The notes under the pieces are model-generated. The model was given only the letters and a program-made list of their open reading frames with translations, searched no databases and was not told the origin of the DNA. Of a DNA stretch of 64,000 nucleotides, positions 19,306-28,521 are shown piece by piece (the first letter of the stretch is position 1; every line of letters begins with the position of its first letter). Location: positions 782,001-846,000 of the forward strand of contig DJLZ01000001.1 of the NCBI GenBank assembly GCA_002436405.1. The letters run 5' to 3'. A program made the position numbers and the translations under genes. This stretch comes from Proteobacteria bacterium UBA6503. GTDB taxonomy: Bacteria; Pseudomonadota; Alphaproteobacteria; UBA1280; UBA6503.

Positions 19306-19659
19306 ATGTTCGACTTCCGTTCGCTTGCCGTGTTTTTCGGCGCTTTCATTGTTTCGATGTTCACTGGTCCCATGCTCGGCGCCATGATCGGCCTCGCCGG
19401 CGTTATCGCCGCTGTTGCCGCCCCCAAGGTGCTGAATGTCATTTCGGCAACGCCGTATGCCCAGTACCTGACCTTCACGTTCTTCGCCGTACTGTTCGCA
19501 CTGACCGGCTCGACCGTGCTGGCCGTTCTCGCCTTCGTCGCGATGGGCCTGGCGCCTGCAGGCATGGGTCTGATCATCGTCGACTTCGCGCTGTTCTTCG
19601 GCTTCTACATCGGCCTGATCAGCTACGTCTTCCCGAAGATGATTCAGCCGAAGCTGTAA
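19306..19659 (+). CDS. Orphan small membrane protein (117 aa, ~3 TM) with anomalously GC-rich codon usage
   Basis: AGGAGA RBS 7 nt upstream of the ATG. Third codon positions are almost all G/C (ctc/gcc/ggc/ttc), whereas flanking genes prefer A/T-ending codons. All six frames are open across it. Terminators lie on both sides. Confidence 0.6.
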   Translation: MFDFRSLAVFFGAFIVSMFTGPMLGAMIGLAGVIAAVAAPKVLNVISATPYAQYLTFTFFAVLFALTGSTVLAVLAFVAMGLAPAGMGLIIVDFALFFGFYIGLISYVFPKMIQPKL

Positions 19660-19674
19660 TCAGCCTTTAACGAA

Positions 19675-19715
19675 TAAAAACACCCCAGCTTTTTGCTGGG
19701 GTGTTTTTTGTTTTT
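19675..19715. terminator. Bidirectional rho-independent terminator
   Basis: aaaa-acaccccagc-ttttt-gctggggtgt-tttttg. Serves the GC-rich gene (+) and the convergent minus-strand operon. Confidence 0.8.
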
Positions 19716-19724
19716 CTAATAGCT

Positions 19725-20126
19725 TTAGTTTTCGATAGCGGGGGGGCCAGGTTGGTTATGGCGCACTTCAAAACTTTCAACCATGCCATCATGCTCAATA
19801 TCAAGATGCAGCGTCAGGGCGTAGGGTAGGCCGTGGTCATAAAGGTCACCCGCTACATCGTGGGCAAAAGCACTGGCTGAAGGCCAGCTTTGGCTAATCA
19901 CATGCTCAAGGTAGGCATTCATGCTTTTGGCCGAGAATGTGTTTTTCTCGGGCTGGTAAATCACATATAAAATTGCGGGGCACTGTGCGCCATCAATATG
20001 GAGTGTACATTCTTTTTCAACGCCAATATCGGTCACAGCACCTTGGCCATGATGCTCTAGCAGGTCGAGCATTTTTTGGCGGTGCTGGCGTTGTTCCGCT
20101 GGGCTAAGTTCTTGTAGGTTAGACAT
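19725..20126 (-). CDS. Hypothetical protein (133 aa), last gene of the flhA-flhF-tag-fliK'-cheR operon
   Basis: ATG at 20126 with a GGAGA RBS, overlapping the cheR stop by 8 nt (the longer ORF to 20237 would lie inside cheR). No recognisable domain. Confidence 0.5.
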   Translation of the reverse strand: MSNLQELSPAEQRQHRQKMLDLLEHHGQGAVTDIGVEKECTLHIDGAQCPAILYVIYQPEKNTFSAKSMNAYLEHVISQSWPSASAFAHDVAGDLYDHGLPYALTLHLDIEHDGMVESFEVRHNQPGPPAIEN

Positions 20127-20994
20127 GTAATTTCTCCGTCCCAGCTGGGGCCTTATGGTAGGCAAAGGCACTGGCCAGTTTGTTATCGGCTTTAAAAATG
20201 TGCTTATAGGCGTATAGGTTTTCTGAGTGGCCAACAATCAAAAGGCTGTCATCGTCCATGGTATCGTAGATATTCCAAAGTACTTGCTCTTTTGACTTAT
20301 CATCAAAGTAAATCAGCACGTTGCGGCAAATCACTACATCAAACTTACCAAGGCGGCGAATCTCAGAAGGTTCTTTTAAGTTTGCAGGCTTAAAGGTGGC
20401 AAACTTTTTGATTTCATCACTGATTTTTGAGGTTTGCTCATCCACTTGCGTAAAGTATTTACTCATCATATCAGCGGGGATGTTACGAATAGCATATTTA
20501 CTATAAACACCGGCTTGTGCATCACGGATAGACTGCTGCGAGATGTCAGTCCCCACAAATTCCCAGTTAATGTCGGTCCAGTTGTTTTTAAGCACCTGCA
20601 AAATGGTGGTGTAAACCTCGTCTCCGGTTGAGCAAGCTGCACTCCAAATACGGATGCGTTTATTCCCTGAAAGGCGCTTGGCGTTTACAAGCGGCGTTAA
20701 AATATCACGCTCAAAGGCGTTCAGCTGCGGCTCATTACGGAAGAAGAAGGTTTCATGGATGGTAATGGCATCTACAAAATGGGGCAGTTCACCGTGGCGC
20801 TGGGGGCCTGAGGTAATGTAGTTGAAATAATCTTGTGCTGAGCTTAACCCTAAAGCTTCACAGCGGCGGCCAACTTTTGAAGCAATAAAGTAGTTTTTAT
20901 TATCTTCAAAGCGAATGCCCGTATGGTCGTAGATAAAATCTACGTACTTTTTAAACAGTTCGGGTTCAACCGAAGGGCGGGCTGTGGCGTCCAT
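20119..20994 (-). CDS. cheR: Chemotaxis protein methyltransferase CheR
   Basis: CheR N-terminal helical domain plus SAM-dependent methyltransferase domain ('DIRIWSAACSTGDEVYT'). Confidence 0.9.
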   Translation of the reverse strand: MDATARPSVEPELFKKYVDFIYDHTGIRFEDNKNYFIASKVGRRCEALGLSSAQDYFNYITSGPQRHGELPHFVDAITIHETFFFRNEPQLNAFERDILTPLVNAKRLSGNKRIRIWSAACSTGDEVYTTILQVLKNNWTDINWEFVGTDISQQSIRDAQAGVYSKYAIRNIPADMMSKYFTQVDEQTSKISDEIKKFATFKPANLKEPSEIRRLGKFDVVICRNVLIYFDDKSKEQVLWNIYDTMDDDSLLIVGHSENLYAYKHIFKADNKLASAFAYHKAPAGTEKLHV

Positions 20995-21003
20995 TATTAT
21001 ATC

Positions 21004-23070
21004 TTAGGCCTCAACGTTTAATTGGTGTTCTGGAGCATCGTCAGTTATTGGGGCCAACATGTCGTGCAGTGGGTCGGTTTCAAAAAAGCTGACTGTTTCA
21101 ATTTGTAGGGTGCCGCGCAAGCCAACGGCTGAAAGGCTGTTTTGAACAAGCTCTTCTAGGCCTTTATGCTCAGCTTCGCTGATACCCTGCGTCATGCGGA
21201 TTTTAATATGCATCACGTCTTTGCCCTGCATTAAGCCATCAAGCTGGATGGGACCAAGCTCACTCATTTTAACATTCAAAACAAAGCGGAGTGAATCACC
21301 ATCGTCTGGGTTTTGCTTTTTGTGCTTACGCCAAAAAAAGCTGCCTTGCTGTAATGTTTGGTTTTGGTCATCAAGGTAGGGGAACATCAGCGCACGCCAA
21401 CCGTCAGGTGCATCTGGCTTTTGATGAAGGTTATTGAGCTGGGCAGCGTCTGACTGCAGCATACCATCAAGGCCAAGGGCACGTAGCATGTTCAGAACGT
21501 CATCACCAAAGAATGAGCGCATGTTTTGCGTTGTAATGCTATGGCTCAGCTGTAAAAGCTTCGGCAATAGTTTTTCATTGGCCTCGGGAAGCACGCTTTT
21601 TAGTTTTTCAGCCCCTTCAGGGTTGCTGTCTTCAAGGTTGCTCATGGCTTGGGCGAGGGTGTCCCATGACAGTGAAAAACGAAGCAGCGCGTTACTGCGG
21701 TCACTGCCCTTAGGCATCACAATATCTAGAATTTCAGCATGGCCATCAGGCATAATATGTACGCTGATATGACTACCCACAGGTAGCATGCGCTGTGCAA
21801 TAACAGGCGTACGTACATCTTTACCAAATTGCAAAATAACTTCACCGCCTGGGCGTTGTTCAACAACGGTACCCGTGGCAATTTGACCCACGCTAAGCTC
21901 AGGTGTTTTGGCAGCAATTGACCCTTGTTGGCTTGACTGTTGTGCCCCTGTTTGCTGGGTTTGGCGGGCAGCAGCATCTTGCTGTGATTGATGCTCAGGG
22001 TTACGGCCTGCAACTGACTGTGGCGCACGAGCGCTTACGGTACTTAGTACCTCAAGCACGCCTGAGTCTGTAAAGCGAATAGCCATTTGTTGTACACCTT
22101 GTGAGTTTGAATTTTGGCCCGAACCTAACGTGCTTTGAAAGCCAAGCTGTTGCAGCGTTTGTTCAGGAATATCAAAGGTTAATAATACCCCATTTTGCAA
22201 CCCGATAGTAACGCTATTTGGTTGGAACTGCTGCACCGTCACAAGCTGTGGGCTTGTGTTACGTAGCAATGCCGTTGGAATAGGGCTTTGCGATTTAAGC
22301 TTTATAGGGGTGGGCAATAGCACGCGCCCTTCGGTGGTAAGTTTACCTGTGCCCTCAATAACCACCTGACGGGGGAATGACCCACGAGTTTCGTTGGTTA
22401 GCTCAGGCGCATCCGAAAGTGTGGCTTGCGGCAGTTGCGGTACGGGCAAGCGCAGCTTATCAATAACGGCTGTTTGGTTTTGGCCAATTTTTAAAACAAC
22501 TTCTGAGTTAACTTCAAACACAGGCGGCAGCAGCAACGTAAGTTGATGCCCGTTGGTAAGGTTCAAGGTTTGGCCACCACTTTGAGGGGGTGTGAGGGTA
22601 CGGCCCATCACGCTCATACCGGGGCTTGGCATAAAGATTGAGTTTTGTGGCCCGCTCATGTTTACACGAGGTGCCGTAAACTGAATGGTTTGTCCTTCTT
22701 TTGCCATAGCGTTTTTCGCAATATCGAGCAGCACTGAGGGCGTGCTTGAAGGGCGGATTTGCGCAGGCTGTTCAGGGGTTTTTGGTAGTAAAACACGCAA
22801 AATCTCTGGTGGTTGGTCGCCTTTCATTTGCAATAAAAGCTGACTGCCCGGAGGAATATTCTCAGGCACGTCAGCGGTAATGATTTGCCCTGATGGTAAC
22901 TGTAGCTGGGCTTGGCCATTGGCTGCTCGTTGTGCCAGAACCTCAACCTTCAATAAGCCTTGGCGGTGCTTAGGCGGGACGTCTTTCGCATTCTGCAATT
23001 GCTCGTTCTGCTTTTCACCACGGTCACGTGGCTCAAGCAAAATCAGCGTGTTCTGTGAGAGCAGTTGCAT
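21004..23070 (-). CDS. Second FliK-family protein: long Q/P/S/T-rich protein with a C-terminal Flg_hook (FliK C-terminal) domain
   Basis: C-terminus 'LRFVLNVKMSELGPIQLDGLMQGKDVMHIKIRMTQGISEAEHKGLEELVQNSLSAVGLRGTLQIETV' follows the FliK C-domain pattern. Compare the canonical fliK at 53651. Confidence 0.6.
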   Translation of the reverse strand: MQLLSQNTLILLEPRDRGEKQNEQLQNAKDVPPKHRQGLLKVEVLAQRAANGQAQLQLPSGQIITADVPENIPPGSQLLLQMKGDQPPEILRVLLPKTPEQPAQIRPSSTPSVLLDIAKNAMAKEGQTIQFTAPRVNMSGPQNSIFMPSPGMSVMGRTLTPPQSGGQTLNLTNGHQLTLLLPPVFEVNSEVVLKIGQNQTAVIDKLRLPVPQLPQATLSDAPELTNETRGSFPRQVVIEGTGKLTTEGRVLLPTPIKLKSQSPIPTALLRNTSPQLVTVQQFQPNSVTIGLQNGVLLTFDIPEQTLQQLGFQSTLGSGQNSNSQGVQQMAIRFTDSGVLEVLSTVSARAPQSVAGRNPEHQSQQDAAARQTQQTGAQQSSQQGSIAAKTPELSVGQIATGTVVEQRPGGEVILQFGKDVRTPVIAQRMLPVGSHISVHIMPDGHAEILDIVMPKGSDRSNALLRFSLSWDTLAQAMSNLEDSNPEGAEKLKSVLPEANEKLLPKLLQLSHSITTQNMRSFFGDDVLNMLRALGLDGMLQSDAAQLNNLHQKPDAPDGWRALMFPYLDDQNQTLQQGSFFWRKHKKQNPDDGDSLRFVLNVKMSELGPIQLDGLMQGKDVMHIKIRMTQGISEAEHKGLEELVQNSLSAVGLRGTLQIETVSFFETDPLHDMLAPITDDAPEHQLNVEA

Positions 23071-23084
23071 AATCAGTTAATACC

Positions 23085-23681
23085 TTACAGGCCGTACTTT
23101 TGGCCTTTAGTTTGTTCAATAATTTCAGTGTAACGCGGGCAGGTGGTTAGATGGTCATTCACCATGCCACTGGCCTGCATGTGGGCATACATAACCGTAG
23201 GGCCTAAAAACTTAAAACCACGTTTTTTAAGGTCCTTACTAATAGCTAATGCAAGATCCGTGACAGCTGGGACATCTGCCATAGTTTTTGGCGCATTATT
23301 TAGAGGTTTATGATCCATAAACTGCCAAAGGTAGGTACTAAAGCGGCCAAATTCTTTCTGCACTTCTAAAAAACGCTGGGCGTTGTTTATGGTTGCATCA
23401 ATTTTAAGGCGGTTCCGCACAATGCCAGCATCGGCCAGTAGGCGCTGTTTATCAGCGTCCGTAAACTGGGCAACTTTTACAGGGTCAAATTGGGCAAAGG
23501 CTTTACGAAAGTTTTCACGCTTTTTAAGGATGGTTAACCAGCTTAAACCAGCTTGAAAAGCCTCAAGGCTTAGAAACTCAAAAAAGCGCTGGTCGTCATC
23601 AACGGGTACGCCCCATTCTTGATGGTGGTATTGCTCATAAATATCATGGCCTACGCACCAAGGGCATACCGCTTTCGTCAT
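23085..23681 (-). CDS. tag: DNA-3-methyladenine glycosylase I
   Basis: Collinear with E. coli Tag ('YHHQEWGVPVDDDQRFFEFLSLEAFQAGLSWLTILKKRENFRKAF...KKRGFKFLGPTVMYAHMQASGMVNDH'). Confidence 0.9.
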   Translation of the reverse strand: MTKAVCPWCVGHDIYEQYHHQEWGVPVDDDQRFFEFLSLEAFQAGLSWLTILKKRENFRKAFAQFDPVKVAQFTDADKQRLLADAGIVRNRLKIDATINNAQRFLEVQKEFGRFSTYLWQFMDHKPLNNAPKTMADVPAVTDLALAISKDLKKRGFKFLGPTVMYAHMQASGMVNDHLTTCPRYTEIIEQTKGQKYGL

Positions 23682-23691
23682 TTAAACAGCC

Positions 23692-24759
23692 TTAGTGGGT
23701 TGTTTCGTCAGTAAGGTCCCATGGTAGGGTTGGGGCCATCAGTAGGCGGCGGCTCATGGTTTTGGCATCAAGCTGCAGCAAGTCTTGTGGTACACGCTGG
23801 CCATCGGTTGCAAAGCAAAGCGGTAGGCCGCTTTCGATGGCGGTATTTACCATGCCACCTAGGAATGATGTTTCATCCATTTTACTAAACAACAGGTGCT
23901 TTGGCTTCAAGGCGCCAAAGGCCTTTGGTAGGGCTGTCATTTCAGCGGCGTTAAGGTTGCTTGGCAGCATGAGGGCTACGGTGGCATCAACCGCGTCTAG
24001 CTGTTTTGCAATATCAGCCATACGTGTGCGCTCGTAAGGGTTTACGCCAGCACTATCAACCAAAATCAGATCGTAGCCTTTAATTTTCTCTAGGGTTTGG
24101 CCAAGGGTTTGGCCGCTCTTTACAACGTGTAGGCTTTCTTTAAGAGCGTCAGCGTAAATATCAAGCTGTTCAACGCCACCAATTTTGTAGGTATCCATAG
24201 TTACCAATGCCACTTTGCGGCCGTGCATACGCTCGGTTACGGCAATTTTAGCAAGGGTTGTGGTTTTGCCTGCACCTGTTGACCCTACAAGTACAAAAGG
24301 TTTGCCTGCTTCAAGCAGTTCACCCGGTGTACGGAAGTTAATCAGTTTGCTAAGCACCATCTCAAGGCCATCTTCTTCCGAGAAGCCAGTTTCCATAAGC
24401 GCCTTAACTGCTTTTTGCAGTTTTTGTGCAATGGCTGAGGTTACGCCGTGGGCCATAAGCTGGTCGGCCAGGGTACCTTCTCCATTGTTAGCAGGCTCAA
24501 GGTCAAAGTCGGCCGTTGTGGTGCCTGTGGCGGTGCGTACTTCTTCAGTGCGTGGGCCTGAAGTGCGGCGGTCTTCTTTAGGGGCATCCGCTTTAGCAGG
24601 GGCAATTTGCTCAATGGCAGCTGTTACTTCAAGCGTAGGCTTGCCGTCGTTCCCCTTAATTTTGCGGGTCGACAGAATTACAGCATCGTCACCCAGCTCG
24701 GCTTTAACCGCTTTAAGGGCTGCACTCATGTTTGGGGCTGTAAAACGCTTCAGTTTCAT
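23692..24759 (-). CDS. flhF: Flagellar biosynthesis SRP-type GTPase FlhF
   Basis: Basic N-domain. GTPase motifs ('GSTGAGKTTTLAKIA', 'DSAG'). Directly downstream of flhA. Confidence 0.88.
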   Translation of the reverse strand: MKLKRFTAPNMSAALKAVKAELGDDAVILSTRKIKGNDGKPTLEVTAAIEQIAPAKADAPKEDRRTSGPRTEEVRTATGTTTADFDLEPANNGEGTLADQLMAHGVTSAIAQKLQKAVKALMETGFSEEDGLEMVLSKLINFRTPGELLEAGKPFVLVGSTGAGKTTTLAKIAVTERMHGRKVALVTMDTYKIGGVEQLDIYADALKESLHVVKSGQTLGQTLEKIKGYDLILVDSAGVNPYERTRMADIAKQLDAVDATVALMLPSNLNAAEMTALPKAFGALKPKHLLFSKMDETSFLGGMVNTAIESGLPLCFATDGQRVPQDLLQLDAKTMSRRLLMAPTLPWDLTDETTH

Positions 24760-24786
24760 AATTTACCAACTTTCTCGTTTAGTCTT

Positions 24787-26859
24787 TTAAACAGTGCCAA
24801 CTGTTTTGATTTTAATTTTGGGGTGTAGCTCTTGCTGACTTAATACAGGGATTGTCGGCATGCTACGTTCTAGCACTGAGCGCACATAAGGGCGGCTGCT
24901 TGGTGCTGTAAGTAGGATAGGCTGGCCACCGGCCGCCATTGTTTTTTCAAACGTGTCTTTTACCGTGCGCAAGAAGTTTTGAACCTTGCTTGGCTCCATT
25001 GCTAGGTGACGGTCTTCACCATCGGCCACCAAAGCGTTTGAGAATTCTTTTTCCCAGCCAGTTGAGAGTGAAATAATCTGCACGTGACCATCATGGCCCA
25101 AGTGTGCCGCTGTAATCTGACGGCTTAGGCGTGCACGCACAAGCTCGGTAATGTGCTGTAGGTTTTTCGTCACCGTAATGGCATCAGCCGATGCTTCAAT
25201 AATTGTAAGCAGGTCACGGATAGACACACGCTCGGCCAGTAGGTTTTGCAATACCTTTTGCAGCAAACCAATGCTGACTTGGTCTGGCACAAGCTCTTGC
25301 GCCACGGCTTTTTGATCTTGCGGTAGTTCTGACAACAGCTTCTGCACTTCTTGGCGTGTCAGTAGCTCTGACAAGTTGTCTTTAATCACTTCTGTTAGGT
25401 GCGTCACAATAACGGTTGAGTTATCAACCACGGTGTAACCGTTGAATGAGGCTTCCTCACGTAGGCGTTCCTGAATCCAGCGGGCAGGTAGGCCAAAGGT
25501 AGGCTCAATTGTTTCTTCACCTTCAATTGGTGGGGCTTGGCCTGTGGCGTCCATCGCTAGCAGCATGCCTGGGCGCAGGTTGCCTTTTGCAACTTCAACA
25601 TCTTTAATGGCAACGCTGTAGCCGCCTGATTCAAGCTGCATGTTATCTTGAATACGGATGCTAGGCACAACAAAGCCAATTTCTTTCGCCAGCTGACGGC
25701 GCATGGCTTTAATTTGTTCAGTCAGGCGACCGCCCTTAGATTCATCAATCAAGCCCAGTAGGCCGTAACCTAGTTGCAAACGAAGGGTATCAATTTGCAA
25801 GATGCTTGATAGAGGCTCTTCGGATGGTTTTTCCTCTTCTTCAGCTTGCTGTTGCTCGGCAATAATTTCGGCCTGTTCTTGCTCAGCCATAACGCTAATA
25901 AGGTAACCGCTACCACCTGCTGCCATGGCCAATAGCCAAAATGGAATCAAAGGAATACCTGGTAGCAAACCGAGTAGAGCCATCATACCTGCAAGCACGT
26001 AAAGCGCTTTAGGGTACTTCGCAAACTGTTTGAATAGCAACGTGCCTGAGGCTTGCGCATGACGTGCTTTTGAAACAAGGAAACCAGCTGAAAGTGAGAT
26101 AATCAGCGCTGGTACCATCGCAACCAGACCATCACCCACTGTCAAAATAATGTAGCGGTCAGCAGCTTCGGCAAAGCCCATATCGTGGATGGTCATACCT
26201 GCGGCAACACCTGCCACAATGTTAATGGCGGTAATAATTAGGCCGGCAATGGCATCACCACGCACAAACTTACTAGCACCATCCATCGCCCCGTAGAAGC
26301 TTGTTTCGTACTCAAGGTCGGTACGGCGGTCACGGGCTTGTTCTTCGTTAATTAGGCCAGCGTTAAGGTCGGCATCGATGGCCATCTGCTTACCCGGGAG
26401 TGAGTCCAAGCTAAAGCGGGCTGCAACTTCAGCAATACGGGTGGCACCCTTTGTGATAACCACAAAGTTAAACACAAGGTAAATGATGAAAATCATGATA
26501 CCGACGAGAAACTCGCCGCTCATGATGATTTGACCAAACGCCTCAATAATCTGACCCGCAGCATCGGTGCTGGCGTGACCGTTGGTCAAAATCAAACGGG
26601 TTGAGGCCACGTTTAGCGCCAAGCGCATCAAGGTGGTCACAAGCAAAATGGTTGGGAATGAGCTAAAGTCCATGGCCTTTTCGGTCATCAAAACGTTAAG
26701 CATTACCAAAATCGCAATGGCGATACTGATGCTGAACATGATGTCGAGGATGGCCGCAGGCAGCGGAATGAACAACAGCGCCACAATAAACATAACACCA
26801 AGCGGTAGTGCAAGTTCACTACGCTTGAGCATGCTGATAATGCGGTCAAACTGGTTCAT
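24787..26859 (-). CDS. flhA: Flagellar export apparatus protein FlhA
   Basis: 690 aa. N-terminal 8-TM domain plus cytoplasmic FlhA-C. 'FIPLPAAILDIMFSISIA' etc. Confidence 0.95.
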   Translation of the reverse strand: MNQFDRIISMLKRSELALPLGVMFIVALLFIPLPAAILDIMFSISIAIAILVMLNVLMTEKAMDFSSFPTILLVTTLMRLALNVASTRLILTNGHASTDAAGQIIEAFGQIIMSGEFLVGIMIFIIYLVFNFVVITKGATRIAEVAARFSLDSLPGKQMAIDADLNAGLINEEQARDRRTDLEYETSFYGAMDGASKFVRGDAIAGLIITAINIVAGVAAGMTIHDMGFAEAADRYIILTVGDGLVAMVPALIISLSAGFLVSKARHAQASGTLLFKQFAKYPKALYVLAGMMALLGLLPGIPLIPFWLLAMAAGGSGYLISVMAEQEQAEIIAEQQQAEEEEKPSEEPLSSILQIDTLRLQLGYGLLGLIDESKGGRLTEQIKAMRRQLAKEIGFVVPSIRIQDNMQLESGGYSVAIKDVEVAKGNLRPGMLLAMDATGQAPPIEGEETIEPTFGLPARWIQERLREEASFNGYTVVDNSTVIVTHLTEVIKDNLSELLTRQEVQKLLSELPQDQKAVAQELVPDQVSIGLLQKVLQNLLAERVSIRDLLTIIEASADAITVTKNLQHITELVRARLSRQITAAHLGHDGHVQIISLSTGWEKEFSNALVADGEDRHLAMEPSKVQNFLRTVKDTFEKTMAAGGQPILLTAPSSRPYVRSVLERSMPTIPVLSQQELHPKIKIKTVGTV

Positions 26860-27065
26860 TGTTTAGGGTTTCTCTGCTCTTTAGCTGTTTTAAAATCTTC
26901 TGTGGCGGGTAAAACGATACACGCCTCCAACTTCAGTATAGATTCTTGCAGAGGTGGGGGCGAGCAGAAGCCCCACAAAGTGTGGTATTCAGGGCTATGG
27001 GTGTGGCTTAATTACACGCTTTTTGCGTGGTAATCTTTTGGTCGGGGAGAGGGGGTATTGCTAAG

Positions 27066-28511
27066 TTATTTAGCAGCTTGCTGTTTTGGCGAATCATCAA
27101 ACGCCTGAAGCTTATCACGCAGCACTTTAATTGAAATACCAAGCATGTTAGCTGCTTGGTTACGGTTACCACCGCAGTAGTCCAGCGTACCCAGAATAAG
27201 CTCTTTTTCAACTTCGTGCATTTGGCGGCCAATCATGCCCCCAGTATTTGTAATGCCGCCTTGTTGGTAGCCGCCTTGTGCCGCCGCATAAGCGCCTGTG
27301 GCACCCATGTTTGGGTTAGGGGCTTGCTGTTGTGGGGTTTGTTGTGCAGCTTCTGCCGGTGCTTCAACTTCAGCAGGTGCATTCGCCTCGGCCGCTTCAC
27401 GGCTCATGGCTGAAATTTCAATGTTTTCGGCTTTAAGTTCTTCACCTGTCATCAGCAAAATAGCACGGTGGAGGGTGTTCTCAAGCTCGCGCACGTTACC
27501 TTTCCAGTAGGCTGAGGTCAGCTTTTCTTTGGCATCATCAGCAATGGTAATGCGAGGTAGCTCGTATTGCTCAGCAAATTTTTGGGCAAAGTGTTCACTT
27601 AGGGCCAAAATATCGGCAGGGCGTTCACGTAGGGCTGGTAGCTCGATAGCGGCTACGTTCAGACGGAAGTATAAATCCTCACGGAAGTTCCCTTCACGGA
27701 CGTGATCTTCAAGGTTACGGTTGGTGGTGGCCACCAAACGAATATCAACAGGCACGGGCTTTGTTGCACCCACAGGGTCAATCACACGTTCCTGAATAGC
27801 ACGGAGTAGTTTTGCCTGTAGTGACAAATCCATCTCTGAAATCTCATCAAGCAATAGCGTGCCGCCATCAGCTTGCTGGAACTTACCTAGGCGTTTGTTT
27901 ACAGCACCTGAAAAAGCACCTTTTTCGTGGCCAAAAAGCTCACTCTCAAGAAGGTTTTCAGGGATAGCTGCACAGTTAACGCTAATAAACGGGGCATTTT
28001 TACGTGGGCTGTTATCGTGAATAAAGCGGCTTAGCACCTCTTTACCCGTACCAGACTCACCACGCAGCAGAACAGTTGCGTTTGACGCTGCAAACTTTTT
28101 AGCAAGGGCTAGCATAGCAGTGGTTTTGTCATCACGTGCAATTGGGCCGCCTTGGTTTGGGTTATCTGCAAGTTCGTCAAGAAGTTCGCCAAGTTGTTTT
28201 TCATCGATAGGGGTGGTGAGGTATTCAATTGCGCCTAGACGGATTGACATCACGGCGTTTTGCACGCTATCAGCGCCACCAACACTTACGACAGGTGTAT
28301 TAAGGCGTGCTTCGTTGTAAGCCCCAAAGAAGTCTGTTTGTTCAAGGTCGGCGCTTAAAAAGGCCATGTCTACACGTTGTTGGCACAGAACTTCAACAGC
28401 AGAGGTAATGTCCTTTGCCGTCAGCACGTCCATCTTCAGCTTTTTGGCATACTTCGCCACAGCGCCTGAAGCGCCAGCAAGATCACCAATAAGAAGAATT
28501 TGTGCAGTCAT
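27066..28511 (-). CDS. flbD: Sigma-54-dependent flagellar transcriptional activator (FlbD/FleQ family)
   Basis: FleQ-like N-domain. AAA+ sigma-54 interaction domain ('GESGTGKE', GAFTGA-type 'GHEKGAFSGA'). C-terminal Fis-type HTH. Confidence 0.9.
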   Translation of the reverse strand: MTAQILLIGDLAGASGAVAKYAKKLKMDVLTAKDITSAVEVLCQQRVDMAFLSADLEQTDFFGAYNEARLNTPVVSVGGADSVQNAVMSIRLGAIEYLTTPIDEKQLGELLDELADNPNQGGPIARDDKTTAMLALAKKFAASNATVLLRGESGTGKEVLSRFIHDNSPRKNAPFISVNCAAIPENLLESELFGHEKGAFSGAVNKRLGKFQQADGGTLLLDEISEMDLSLQAKLLRAIQERVIDPVGATKPVPVDIRLVATTNRNLEDHVREGNFREDLYFRLNVAAIELPALRERPADILALSEHFAQKFAEQYELPRITIADDAKEKLTSAYWKGNVRELENTLHRAILLMTGEELKAENIEISAMSREAAEANAPAEVEAPAEAAQQTPQQQAPNPNMGATGAYAAAQGGYQQGGITNTGGMIGRQMHEVEKELILGTLDYCGGNRNQAANMLGISIKVLRDKLQAFDDSPKQQAAK

Positions 28512-28521
28512 TAATCGTCCC

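Noticed and set aside
19215-19670. 151 aa Arg-rich ORF in an alternative frame, and a 111 aa minus-strand ORF, overlapping the GC-rich small gene
   Set aside because: All frames are open because of local high GC. Only the 19306-19659 frame has an RBS and a coherent hydrophobic membrane-protein composition. The others are low-complexity Arg/Pro/Ala translations typical of spurious GC-rich ORFs.
19725-20237. Longer 170 aa version of the cheR-downstream ORF
   Set aside because: It would overlap the cheR coding sequence by ~115 nt. An internal ATG at 20126 with a GGAGA RBS gives a compact overlap of 8 nt, typical of operon coupling.
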